A stretch of DNA of 64,000 bases, taken from positions 1,068,758 through 1,132,757 of the forward strand of contig NZ_LT160640.1 of NCBI RefSeq assembly GCF_900048895.1, written 5' to 3'. The translations under genes were made by a program, and so were the position numbers. This document shows, piece after piece, positions 34,288 to 42,939 of the stretch (the first letter of the stretch is position 1; each line of letters opens with the position of its first letter). The notes under the pieces are model-generated. The model was not told the DNA's origin. It saw only the letters and a program-made list of their open reading frames with translations, and made no database searches. Origin of the DNA: Neglectibacter timonensis (GTDB lineage Bacteria; Bacillota; Clostridia; Oscillospirales; Acutalibacteraceae).

Positions 34288-34800
34288 CTAATGCGCTGAA
34301 TTGCCCAGCCGGAGAAGTCCATGGTCCAGCTTTTCCAGCAGCTGCCGCAGCTTGCGATAGAGCAGAAATGCCAGGATAAAATTTCCGACAGCATGGGCAA
34401 TGTCAAACGGAAATCCACTGATAATCCAGGAGATCATCATCGGGATTCCCCCGATGGGAAGATAAGCCAGGGAGCAGAACGTGCCGAAAGCAAGGCCGTA
34501 CAGTCCGGAAAAGACCGCCCACTGCCAGCTTTTGGTCATCCAGCGGAACATATAGGTCAGCAGGGCCAGCAGCGGCCAGACATAAAGGTAATTCAGCCAC
34601 CAGAACCCAAAGCCATAAACCAGCCCTTCCAGCAGGATAAACACACCCAGAGCCCCGACGACCCGCTTGCGGAACACCAGGGTAAAGAGAATGACAAACA
34701 GGCTCACCAGCTCAATATTGGGCAGAAAAGCCAACGCCACCTGGGAGACAAACATCACTACGCCCAGCACCGCCATCAGGCAGAGATCCCGCAGTTTCAT
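34288..34800 (-). CDS. Small polytopic membrane protein resembling an ECF-transporter S component (substrate-capture subunit)
   Basis: The 170-aa, 5-6-TM protein (MKLRDLCLMAVLGVVMFVSQVALAFLPNIELVSLFVILFTLVF...) overlaps the upstream DUF4430 gene stop by 1 nt. No family-defining motif was assigned with certainty. Confidence 0.55.
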   Translation of the reverse strand: MKLRDLCLMAVLGVVMFVSQVALAFLPNIELVSLFVILFTLVFRKRVVGALGVFILLEGLVYGFGFWWLNYLYVWPLLALLTYMFRWMTKSWQWAVFSGLYGLAFGTFCSLAYLPIGGIPMMISWIISGFPFDIAHAVGNFILAFLLYRKLRQLLEKLDHGLLRLGNSAH

Positions 34801-35285
34801 CAGTAACCTTCCGTAAAGGTAAATTCAAAGGCGTCGCCGTCGGCAATTTTGGTATCGTCCACGCCGTAATTCCACATTTCGCCGCCCTTAGTCAGACACC
34901 ACCATTCCTGGTTGCCGTCGTCCACCGTCTCGCCGTCCACGGTCTTCACAAACAGACCGAAGCTGCTCTCTTCCCCCTCGGCCAGCTTCTCCTGCTCCAA
35001 GGCTTCCCGCAGGTTCTCAGCCTCTGTGGAGATGGTGAAGGAGTTCTCGCTCTTATCCTTGTGCACCACTGTCAGGGTGATTGTCTTTGCAGAAACGCTG
35101 CTTCCGGCAGAGCTGTCCTCACCGGAGCTTGAAACCTTCTCCTCCTGGCTGCTGCTCTGGGGCATTGCGGAGGACGTCTTGGACTCCGTTTCCTGCTGGC
35201 TGCAACCGGCAAACGCCGCCATTCCCAAAAGCATCAGCACACCCAGCAACAGGGATATGACTCGTCTGTTCTTTGTTTGATTCAT
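34800..35285 (-). CDS. DUF4430-domain lipoprotein (surface-exposed; family linked to cobalamin/corrinoid binding in other taxa)
   Basis: The product has a lipobox (LLGMAAFAGCSQ), a Ser/Glu-rich linker and then ...WWCLTKGGEMWNYGVDDTKIADGDAFEFTFTEGY, the typical DUF4430 C-terminus. Confidence 0.65.
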   Translation of the reverse strand: MNQTKNRRVISLLLGVLMLLGMAAFAGCSQQETESKTSSAMPQSSSQEEKVSSSGEDSSAGSSVSAKTITLTVVHKDKSENSFTISTEAENLREALEQEKLAEGEESSFGLFVKTVDGETVDDGNQEWWCLTKGGEMWNYGVDDTKIADGDAFEFTFTEGY

Positions 35286-35351
35286 TTTTTTCTTCCTTCC
35301 TTATAAAACGGTTATTCGGCGGCTTCCTGACACCGCCCATTTCTCAACGCG

Positions 35352-35385
35352 CTCTATCATAGTATACCTGCCGGATTTTGTCAAT
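35352..35385 (-). promoter_or_regulatory. Sigma-A promoter for the DUF4430/S-component operon
   Basis: The minus strand reads TTGACA-aaatccggcaggtatac-TATGAT with 17-nt spacing. It is followed by a ~70-nt leader carrying a small GGCGG...CCGCC hairpin. Confidence 0.55.
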
Positions 35386-35487
35386 TCCTTTCCGCTCAAT
35401 TCATTCAGAAAAGAAAACAGCGCCGGTTTCAGTCGTTTTGCTCAGTAACTCCGGACGGAGCACACTTCTCTCTGGGAAGATTAGCGA

Positions 35488-35516
35488 TTGTAAAAAAACG
35501 TGCTTTATGGTATGAT
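35488..35516 (+). promoter_or_regulatory. Sigma-A promoter driving a ~330-430-nt leader upstream of the membrane-protein gene at 35854
   Basis: The plus strand reads TTGTAA-aaaaacgtgctttatgg-TATGAT with 17-nt spacing. Confidence 0.5.
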
Positions 35517-35853
35517 TTTACAAACCAAAGACGGCCTGGACACGGCGTACTGCCAGTAGAAAAAGGGAACGACCAATTGGTCCGGAAGTTCTCCGGCGGC
35601 GATTCCCCCATCCAAAGCAGACTTCGTTTCCGGGCAACATAGCCAATATAGATTATTCAGCAAATTCTGATTTGACCGGCGATCTCAGCCAGGGAAGGAA
35701 AAAGTCCCGCCACAGGGAAGGGTATTTCTTCTTCCGTTCCGGAACGCCGGCAGATTCAGCAGTTTAAGCAACCACACCTGCCTCCGGCGGACGCCGGATC
35801 GTGCGGCGTCCCTTCCGCAGGCAAATGAAACTCAGAAGGGATGAATCTGAACT

Positions 35854-36939
35854 TTGGAAGATAAAAAAAAACCCCAGTCCGTTTCCCGTAAAGGGAACGG
35901 GATCTGGCAAACCGTAAAGTCCTATCTGCGGCTCTATTTTGTAGACGCTATGAGCGCCATGGCGCAGGGGCTTTTCGCCTCCCTGCTCATCGGCACCATC
36001 ATCTCCACCATTGGCACGCAATTCGGTATTCCCCTGCTCACGGAGATCGGCGATTTTGCAAAAGCTATGGCTGGACCGGCAATGGCCATCGCCATCGGCT
36101 ATGCCCTGAAAGCGCCGCCCCTTGTCCTGTTCTCCCTGGCCGCTGTGGGCAGCGCCTCCAACACCTTGGGCGGGGAAGGCGGTCCTCTGGCTGTGCTGCT
36201 CATCGCCATCATCGCTGCTGAGCTGGGCAAGCTGGTCAGCAAGAAAACTCCTGTAGACATCCTGGTGACGCCCTCCGTCACTATTCTGTCCGGCGCCCTG
36301 CTGGCCTATCTCTGCGCCCCGGCCATTGGTGCGGCCGCTGCCAGTCTGGGGCAGCTCATCATGTGGGCCACAGAACTTCAGCCCTTCTTCATGGGCATTT
36401 TCGTTTCCGTATTGGTCGGCGTAGCGCTGACACTGCCCATCAGCAGCGCCGCTATCTGCGCTGCGCTGGGCCTCACCGGGCTTGCAGGCGGCGCCGCTGT
36501 AGCGGGCTGCTGCGCCCAGATGATCGGCTTTGCCGTCATCAGCTTCCGGGAAAACAGATGGGGCGGTCTGATGGCCCAGGGAATCGGCACTTCCATGCTG
36601 CAGGTTTCCAACATCGTGAAGAATCCCCGCATTTGGATTGCGCCCACCTTGGCTTCCGCCATCACCGGGCCTCTTGCCACCTGTGTGTTCAAACTGCAGA
36701 TGAACGGCGCGCCTATCTCCAGCGGTATGGGCACCTGCGGCCTGGTGGGTCAGATCGGCGTCTATTCCGGCTGGGTCAGCGATATCGCTGCCGGAGCCAA
36801 AGCCGCCATCACGCCCATGGACTGGATCGGCCTGCTTCTCCTCTGTTTTATCCTTCCCGCGCTGCTGTCCTGGGTCATCAACCTGGGCCTCAGGAAGCTG
36901 GGCTGGGTGAAGGACGGCGACATGAAGCTGGACGTCTGA
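35854..36939 (+). CDS. Polytopic Gly/Ala-rich membrane protein, putative transporter of unassigned family
   Basis: The 361-aa ORF has 9 or more hydrophobic segments (e.g. GIGTSMLQVSNIVKNPRIWIAPTLASAITGPLATCVF...MGTCGLVGQIGVYSGW). The TTG start at 35854 has a poor RBS, and the true start may be an internal ATG near 35946-35955 (MSAMAQG...). Confidence 0.6.
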   Translation: MEDKKKPQSVSRKGNGIWQTVKSYLRLYFVDAMSAMAQGLFASLLIGTIISTIGTQFGIPLLTEIGDFAKAMAGPAMAIAIGYALKAPPLVLFSLAAVGSASNTLGGEGGPLAVLLIAIIAAELGKLVSKKTPVDILVTPSVTILSGALLAYLCAPAIGAAAASLGQLIMWATELQPFFMGIFVSVLVGVALTLPISSAAICAALGLTGLAGGAAVAGCCAQMIGFAVISFRENRWGGLMAQGIGTSMLQVSNIVKNPRIWIAPTLASAITGPLATCVFKLQMNGAPISSGMGTCGLVGQIGVYSGWVSDIAAGAKAAITPMDWIGLLLLCFILPALLSWVINLGLRKLGWVKDGDMKLDV

Positions 36940-36950
36940 TTTTATCAAAA

Positions 36951-36990
36951 AAGGCAGAAAACGTTTTTTCGTTTTCTGCCTTTTTATTTT
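36951..36990 (+). terminator. Rho-independent terminator after the membrane-protein gene
   Basis: The sequence aaggcagaaaacg-tttttt-cgttttctgcctt is followed by tttatttt. Confidence 0.75.
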
Positions 36991-37249
36991 CCTGTGGCGC
37001 AATCCCAAATGATTTTTTCTGCAGCTTCCGTGCCATCCTGGAAATCAAGCTGACCGGTCATTGGGGCTTCCTTTCATGCGGCCAATAGGAACGAGCTGCT
37101 TCGGGATTGTCCGTGAAGTATTCGTTTCTAGAATTAATATTTTGCAAATTCCACTTTTCAGTATATTTGAAATCATAGAGCGGCAGAATATTCTCTGTAA
37201 CCAGTTTACGGGATATCGTGCGCTCTGCGCGCAAGAAAGGAAGATCAGC

Positions 37250-37564
37250 ATGAACCAGAAAAACAACGGCAGAATCGGCAATCTGCCCGCAAACATCAAC
37301 ATTATGAATCCTGTTCCAAACAAAGATGCAAAAAATATTACAAAGCTGGTGCGCAAAAACGGAAAAATCTCCGGATATGAGCTTTCCGACGGCACTGTAT
37401 TGTCTAAACGCGAGGGAGTTGCCCTGGCAAAGCAGGGCGGTATCCGCGGAGTGGCCATTGCCAGCCGCAACGGCAGCGAATATCTGCGCTCCCTGCCGGA
37501 CGGCAATGAGAGCAACAATTTGGGCGACCTGCCCAGCGCTCCTGCAGACGATATTCGGATGTGA
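37250..37564 (+). CDS. DUF3892-domain protein (104 aa), monocistronic
   Basis: The ATG at 37250 follows a GAAAGGAAG RBS 6 nt upstream. The product MNQKNNGRIGNLPANI...ITKLVRKNGKISGYELSDGTVLSKREGVALAKQGGIRGVAIASRNGSEYLRSLPDGNESNNLGDLP matches the DUF3892 pattern. The ORF-track N-terminal extension (37061) lacks support. Confidence 0.65.
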   Translation: MNQKNNGRIGNLPANINIMNPVPNKDAKNITKLVRKNGKISGYELSDGTVLSKREGVALAKQGGIRGVAIASRNGSEYLRSLPDGNESNNLGDLPSAPADDIRM

Positions 37565-37600
37565 CCTGTCAGACACTCAATGTGAAATAAGGACTCTCAA

Positions 37601-37645
37601 AAAAGAAGGACGCTGTCAAAAAATGCAGCGCCCTTCTTTTCTGTT
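37601..37645. terminator. Bidirectional terminator between the DUF3892 gene and the CDF transporter gene
   Basis: The sequence aaaaagaaggacgctg-tcaaaaaatg-cagcgcccttcttttctgtttt forms an 11-bp stem with one mismatch and has U-tracts on both sides. Confidence 0.65.
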
Positions 37646-38830
37646 TTAACTTTCCAGGGAATTCACCGTGCTTTCCCTGTCAATGGTGATCACCGCACGA
37701 TAGCTGGGGTCCAGCAGCTGTATTTCCTGGGAAATCCTGTCCTGGATGACATCGTCGCTGTCCTCCAGAGAGAAGGGCGCGGCTACGTCAAACAGGACGT
37801 TGGAATGGGTAATGCCCCACACCACACGGAAATCGTGCAGTGAGGCCTGAGGATAGATTCTGTGCACACACTCCCGCACCTGCCCGTGCAGAGCATTGGT
37901 GCGCTCGTCTCCCGTGACGACAGGATCCAGATGAATCACCAGGTGAATCCCCATATCCTTCAGGAAATCCCGTTCGATGTTGTCAATGATATCGTGGCTG
38001 ATCAGAATATCCTCTTCTGCCGGAACCTCGCAGTGCACAGAGGCAAAGCATCTGCCCACTCCGTAATTGTGCACAGTCAGGTCATGAATGCCGATCACCC
38101 CGGGATAGGTCAAAATCTTCTCGTAAATAGAGCGCACCAGCTCCTCGTCCGGAGCCATCCCCAGCAGAGGGTCTCCGGTTTCCATAATCAGCTTCACGCC
38201 GGAACCCACAATAAATACCGCCACGGCAAGCCCCAGAAAGCCGTCCAGATTCACACCCGTCAGCCTTGTGAGCAGCGCGCCCAACAGCACTACGGCAGTG
38301 GCAATCACATCGTTCCTGCTGTCGCTGGAGGTGGCGTAGATGGCCTCTGATTGAATTTTCCTGCCCACACTGCGGTAGAAGAAGCATTGCCACAGCTTAA
38401 TGAGGATGGAAGCCCCCAGAACACAGAAAGCCAGGACGCCGTACTCCGTCTCTTCCGGCGTCAGGATCTTCTCTACGGACGACATCCCCAGCTGCAGCCC
38501 CAGGAACAGCACGATAAAAGAGACAATGACCCCGCAGAGGTATTCAATCCGGGCGTGGCCGAAGGGATGCTTTTCATCCGCAGGCTTTCCGGCCAGCTTG
38601 AAGCCTACCAGCATGATAATGGAGGAGCCGGAATCCGTCAGGTTGTTCACGGCGTCCGCCATAATGGCCAGGGAGTGAGAAAAGAATCCGGCCAGAAATT
38701 TGATGAGGAACAGCAACAAGTTGGTGGCGATCCCCACAGTACCCGCCGCACGGCCGCTTTTCTCCCGGATTTTCGGATCTGCCGCCGTGCCGTAGCCCTT
38801 GACCAGAAGCTTCATGACTGAATCAAACAT
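37646..38830 (-). CDS. Cation diffusion facilitator (CDF) family divalent-metal efflux transporter with a C-terminal cytoplasmic domain
   Basis: The 6-TM domain has the CDF signature (SLAIMADAVNNLTDSGSSII... HxxxD) and is followed by a metallochaperone-like CTD. Confidence 0.9.
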   Translation of the reverse strand: MFDSVMKLLVKGYGTAADPKIREKSGRAAGTVGIATNLLLFLIKFLAGFFSHSLAIMADAVNNLTDSGSSIIMLVGFKLAGKPADEKHPFGHARIEYLCGVIVSFIVLFLGLQLGMSSVEKILTPEETEYGVLAFCVLGASILIKLWQCFFYRSVGRKIQSEAIYATSSDSRNDVIATAVVLLGALLTRLTGVNLDGFLGLAVAVFIVGSGVKLIMETGDPLLGMAPDEELVRSIYEKILTYPGVIGIHDLTVHNYGVGRCFASVHCEVPAEEDILISHDIIDNIERDFLKDMGIHLVIHLDPVVTGDERTNALHGQVRECVHRIYPQASLHDFRVVWGITHSNVLFDVAAPFSLEDSDDVIQDRISQEIQLLDPSYRAVITIDRESTVNSLES

Positions 38831-39094
38831 ATTTCATATCTCCAAAGAAAGGAATCCGGGGCCTGCGGGTTTTCACCCCCATTCCCCGGCGCTTTATTCC
38901 TGTTTATAAAACGAAAAGGCTAGTCGATCTTCCTAAATGCTTTCCGCATAGGCAATGGGCGAGCCCGCAATGGCCTCTTTGATTCTATGTTCACACCCCT
39001 TACTTTCCACAACCAGAGTGGAACCCATGTCAAAGAAAACCCATCTCATATAATCTATCGTACCTGCCTTTTCACATGCGGCGCCCGCTCTATT

Positions 39095-39625
39095 TCATAC
39101 CAAAATACTGCCGCCCAGGCTGTCGATGCCCACAATCAGGGGAAAATCCCGCAGCTCCAGACGCTTGACAGACTCGCAGCCCAAATCCTCAAAAGCAATG
39201 ACCTCGGCTTTGACGATACACCGTGCCGCCAGCGCCCCTGCGCCGCCTGTGGCGCAGAGATAGACCGCGGAATTGCGTTTTATCGCCTCCACCACTTCAG
39301 GGCTGCGCTTTCCTTTTCCGATCATACACTTGAGCCCCAGGTCCAGAAGCCGGGGCGTATAAGGGTCCATCCTGCCGCTGGTGGTGGGACCGCAGGAACC
39401 GATGGCAAGGCCCTCCGGCGTGGGAGTGGGCCCGGCATAGTATACAGCGGCGTTCTTAAGCGGGTAGGGCGGTTTCTCTCCCCGCAGCAACATCTCAGTG
39501 ATGCGCTTGTGAGCGGCGTCCCGAGAGGTGTAGCAGGTTCCAGAGAGCAGCACCCGCTGGCCCGCCCGCAGGGAAGCCGCCTTTTCTCCAAGTTCCGCCG
39601 TATTCAGCCTGATTTCCTCCGCCAT
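39095..39625 (-). CDS. Fe-S hydro-lyase beta subunit (class I fumarate hydratase / L(+)-tartrate dehydratase beta, FumA_C domain)
   Basis: The 176-aa product has GTCYTSRDAAHKRI... and ...LCATGGAGALAAR..., typical of the beta-subunit C-terminal domain. No alpha-subunit gene is adjacent. Confidence 0.78.
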   Translation of the reverse strand: MAEEIRLNTAELGEKAASLRAGQRVLLSGTCYTSRDAAHKRITEMLLRGEKPPYPLKNAAVYYAGPTPTPEGLAIGSCGPTTSGRMDPYTPRLLDLGLKCMIGKGKRSPEVVEAIKRNSAVYLCATGGAGALAARCIVKAEVIAFEDLGCESVKRLELRDFPLIVGIDSLGGSILV

Positions 39626-39661
39626 TGTCCCGCCATCCTTTCCCGGTACTCTTTTCGGGTT

Positions 39662-40054
39662 TCAGCCCTTCACCCAGAAAAGCTCGATATGTTCATGGGT
39701 GGGTCCATAGAAAAAGGCGATTCGGATGGGCGTGCCGCCCAGATCCACGTCCTTCGGCTCATCGGTGATCTCATACCCTTCCGCACGCACCTTCTCAATC
39801 AGCTCATCTACCTTGTCGGTGGCAAAGGCGATGTGCGCCAGAGGTCCTGCCGGCAGCTGGTCGGACTCACCGCTGAGAATCTCCATGCAGGAGTTGTCTC
39901 CGCAGGAAATCATTAGGCAGGGCCGCTCCGGATCCCCCCAGCTCTTGACCGTTTCCATACCCAGAAGCCCGGTGTAAAACTCCACCGTTCTTCTGTAATT
40001 CTCCGCCGTGGGCTTCACCGCGATGTGATGTACGCCCTGAATCAATTTGCTCAT
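39662..40054 (-). CDS. VOC-family (glyoxalase/bleomycin resistance/dioxygenase fold) protein
   Basis: The 130-aa product opens MSKLIQGVHHIAVKPTAENYRRTVEFYTGLLGMETV and has the paired beta-alpha-beta-beta-beta pattern of this fold. Confidence 0.8.
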   Translation of the reverse strand: MSKLIQGVHHIAVKPTAENYRRTVEFYTGLLGMETVKSWGDPERPCLMISCGDNSCMEILSGESDQLPAGPLAHIAFATDKVDELIEKVRAEGYEITDEPKDVDLGGTPIRIAFFYGPTHEHIELFWVKG

Positions 40055-40109
40055 AACTTTCTCCTCCTGGAAATCTGATTTCCTGTGAATTTATGCGCTG
40101 TATCTATTG

Positions 40110-40145
40110 AAAAAAGGGGACGCCGCTGCTCGGCGGTATCCCCCA
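40110..40145 (-). terminator. Rho-independent terminator after ftsZ
   Basis: The minus strand reads ggggataccgccg-agca-gcggcgtcccc followed by TTTTTT. Confidence 0.65.
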
Positions 40146-40165
40146 GTTTCCGATGAAAGCACCGC

Positions 40166-41299
40166 TTATTTGCGGTTGAAAATTGACATGATGTCTGTAA
40201 AAGTATCGTCGTCATCGATGACGGCAGGATCCACCTTGGGCTCAGAGCTTCTGCTGCTGGAGGTGCTGGAAGAGGAAAGAAAATCATCATCGTCATCCTC
40301 CAGATTGATCGCCGGGGCAGGCCTTGCCTTTTCCCCATTCATGCCTTCAAAACCGGTGGCGATAACAGTAACCGTCATCTCATCTTCCATGTTCTCGTCA
40401 AAGGTGGCGCCCCAGATGATGTTGGCCTCCTCATGGGCGCGTTCCGTGATGATCTGGGAAGCAGTATCGATCTCATCCAGCGCGATATCGGGAGAAGAGG
40501 TGATATTGATGATAACGCCCTTGGCACCCGCAATCTTGGTTTCCAGCAGGGGGCTGGAAATGGCGGCCATGGCGGCCTGTTCGGCCTTCTCCTTGCCGCT
40601 GGCGTGGCCCACGCCCATATGGGCATATCCTGCGTTCTGCATGACGGACTTCACATCTTCGAAGTCCAGGTTGACGATACCGGGCAGCTGAATCAGGTCG
40701 GAAATGCTCTGCACGCCCTGGCGCAGCACATCGTCCGCCACCACAAAGGCGTTGGCCAGGGTAATGCGTTCCTCGCTCACCAGCTTCAAACGTTCATTGG
40801 GTATGACCACCAGAGAATCTACCTGCTCCCGGAGAGCGGCGATTCCCCGCTCCGCCTGCTCCATGCGGTGGCGGCCTTCAAAGGCAAAGGGCTTCGTTAC
40901 GATGCCTACGGTCAGCGCGCCCTGCTCCCGGGCAATCTGTGCAATCTTGGGAGCTGCGCCTGTGCCGGTGCCGCCGCCCATTCCGGCGGTGACAAACACC
41001 ATATCGGCATCCTTCAGGGTGTTTGCAATGAGTTCCCGGCTTTCCTCGGCAGCCTTCTCGCCCACCTCGGGCTTGGAGCCTGCGCCCCGGCCCTGGGTAA
41101 CCTTTTCGCCCAGCTGTATCTTAATGGTGGCCTGAGAACGCTGAAGGGCCTGCTTGTCCGTATTCATGCAGACGAGCTCTACACTGCGCACGCCCGCGCT
41201 GGCAATGCGGTTCACGGCATTTCCGCCGCCGCCGCCCACACCTACCACTTTTATGGTCTGTGGAGTTTCATCCAGCAGGTTATCAACTTCAAAAGGCAT
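40166..41299 (-). CDS. ftsZ: Cell division GTPase FtsZ
   Basis: The product has [17 protein letters not shown] and the GGGTGTG tubulin signature, plus a C-terminal acidic linker and a conserved C-terminal peptide (DIMSIFNRK). Confidence 0.95.
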   Translation of the reverse strand: MPFEVDNLLDETPQTIKVVGVGGGGGNAVNRIASAGVRSVELVCMNTDKQALQRSQATIKIQLGEKVTQGRGAGSKPEVGEKAAEESRELIANTLKDADMVFVTAGMGGGTGTGAAPKIAQIAREQGALTVGIVTKPFAFEGRHRMEQAERGIAALREQVDSLVVIPNERLKLVSEERITLANAFVVADDVLRQGVQSISDLIQLPGIVNLDFEDVKSVMQNAGYAHMGVGHASGKEKAEQAAMAAISSPLLETKIAGAKGVIINITSSPDIALDEIDTASQIITERAHEEANIIWGATFDENMEDEMTVTVIATGFEGMNGEKARPAPAINLEDDDDDFLSSSSTSSSRSSEPKVDPAVIDDDDTFTDIMSIFNRK

Positions 41300-41538
41300 A
41301 TTGTTTCCTCCTTGGCTTTCTGAGACTTATGCTCTATCTTCACTGTGTAAAGCAGTCAGCATTTTTTCTTACTATACCACATCGTATAATCTATCACTTT
41401 TCCGGGAAAATTTCAAGGAAATAATTCAAAAAAGGGCCCATAAAATAAAGATTATTCCCTTTCCAGTATATTCAGCGGCAATGAGCTACAAGATGTGCTC
41501 TTTTTCGCAGTTCCGAGAGGGAAAAACAGCAATTTCCT

Positions 41539-42903
41539 TTACATTCCATCCCCCTCTCCGGCGCCGTCTCCAGCATCCCAGGTACCGCCGGTATCTCCGG
41601 TACCTCCGTCATCTCCAGTATCCCAGGTATCTCCGGTATCCCCGATATCGCCGGTATCACCGCCTGTATCTCCATCGGAAGAATCCCCGCCGCCTGTAAA
41701 GTAGTCGTCGGGAATCCCTCCATCCCGTCCGTCGTCCGAGGTGTCTCCCTCACCAGAGGAATCATTTGAGGAAGAATCCGGCACAGTTCCCGAATCGCCG
41801 CCGACAGACGAAGCGCTGTTGTTCTCCCCCGGCTTGTCCGCGGTGAAGGTAGAACGCTTCACATCATTGGCCACCGTCAAATCCAACGTTCCTGTTTCCT
41901 GTGTTCCGATGGACTTGGGATCGCTGGCGATCTTATAGCCGAATTCCACCTTATAGGCAAGATCCGCCGCGTTCCCCAGCAAAAACTGAATACGCCCTTC
42001 ATACCAGATGCGGATGTTGTAAAGATCGCTGAGATCCAGCTTGGTAAATTTATTCACAGCGTCAAGCTCCACAAGCTTAGCCATGATCTGCCGGAAGACC
42101 GTCTCCACATTCGCATCGCTCAGCTTGAGCCCAGTTCCCAGCGTGCTGTCTTCCGGTGTGACGCCCACGATCTGCATGACTCCTGCCATGGGCTTGTCCT
42201 GACGCTCCAGAAGCTTCCCGTTCTCACTGAGGTAGAGCCAGGAGCCCCCGCTCTCGATACAGGCCCCCACCTTTGCCGCGGTGACGGAGATTTCCAGTGT
42301 ACCGGGCAAACGCTTGCGCACCTCTGCTTTTTCAATATAGGGCAGCTCACGCTCCAGCTGTTCCTCCTGCTCCTTCGTCGGTAAAAATACCAGGTTATCG
42401 CCGGTCTCATAGCCGCATATCTTTAGAATGTCTGAGGCGGAATAGACCTGGTCACCGGTCACTTCAATCTGGGCCACCCGGAACAGCAAAAACACACAAA
42501 GCAGAACAGCGGAGGTCAGCACGCCGAAAAAGGTGAGAAGATAAACGACAGCCCTCCCCTTTTTGCTCATCGGCTTTTTCTGTTTTCTGCGTTTCCTGGC
42601 CGGTGCGGGCGCAGGCCTCCGGCGGCTTTCCCCGCCGCCGGGCTTTCTGCGCGCTCTGTCTGATTCCCCGTATTCCGGCCGTGGAGGCCGCACGGAAGGT
42701 CTTGCCGGGGCGCTGTCTCCGGGCCGGCGGGCAGGACGGCGGCCTGGGGCCGTCCCATCTCTCCCGCTGTAAGAAGGATTCCGTACAGGCGGGCGGCCTT
42801 TTGCCTTCTGCCGTCCTGAATTCCTTTCGGCGGATGAAGAGGCGCCGAGATCGATAAAATATTCATCCTGCCATGGATCGCTTCCGCGTCCTTTTTCTCT
42901 CAT
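41539..42903 (-). CDS. ftsQ: Cell division protein FtsQ/DivIB with an N-terminal basic disordered region and a C-terminal Gly/Asp/Thr repeat tail
   Basis: The protein has a TM segment (VVYLLTFFGVLTSAVLLCVFLL) followed by POTRA and FtsQ domains (RVAQIEVTGDQVYSASDILKICG...). It lies between murA and ftsZ in the dcw cluster. The ATG at 42903 follows an AAGGAAAGGAG RBS. Confidence 0.75.
   Translation of the reverse strand: MREKGRGSDPWQDEYFIDLGASSSAERNSGRQKAKGRPPVRNPSYSGRDGTAPGRRPARRPGDSAPARPSVRPPRPEYGESDRARRKPGGGESRRRPAPAPARKRRKQKKPMSKKGRAVVYLLTFFGVLTSAVLLCVFLLFRVAQIEVTGDQVYSASDILKICGYETGDNLVFLPTKEQEEQLERELPYIEKAEVRKRLPGTLEISVTAAKVGACIESGGSWLYLSENGKLLERQDKPMAGVMQIVGVTPEDSTLGTGLKLSDANVETVFRQIMAKLVELDAVNKFTKLDLSDLYNIRIWYEGRIQFLLGNAADLAYKVEFGYKIASDPKSIGTQETGTLDLTVANDVKRSTFTADKPGENNSASSVGGDSGTVPDSSSNDSSGEGDTSDDGRDGGIPDDYFTGGGDSSDGDTGGDTGDIGDTGDTWDTGDDGGTGDTGGTWDAGDGAGEGDGM
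41575..41685 (-). repeat. Coding tandem repeat (about 9-12-nt CCGGTATCTCC-like units) encoding the GDTGGDTGDIGDTGDTWDTGDDGGTGDTGGTWDAGDG tail of FtsQ
   Basis: Direct inspection shows repeated ccggtatc(t/c)cc and ccggtacctcc units. On the coding strand these read GGAGATACCGG, giving G-D-T-G. Confidence 0.65.
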
Positions 42904-42939
42904 CCCTTCGCCGCTCCTTTCCTTAAAACTTCCTGTTTC

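Noticed and set aside
35523-35853. A cobalamin, TPP or guanidine-I (ykkC) riboswitch in the long leader upstream of the membrane-protein gene
   Set aside because: Partial resemblances were seen: GCCACAG versus the B12-box GCCACTG, TCTCAGC versus the THI-box GCTGAGA on the opposite strand, and GGTCCGGAAG versus the ykkC GGUCCGAGAG. The remaining conserved cores of those classes are absent, so the element is reported only as an unclassified candidate.
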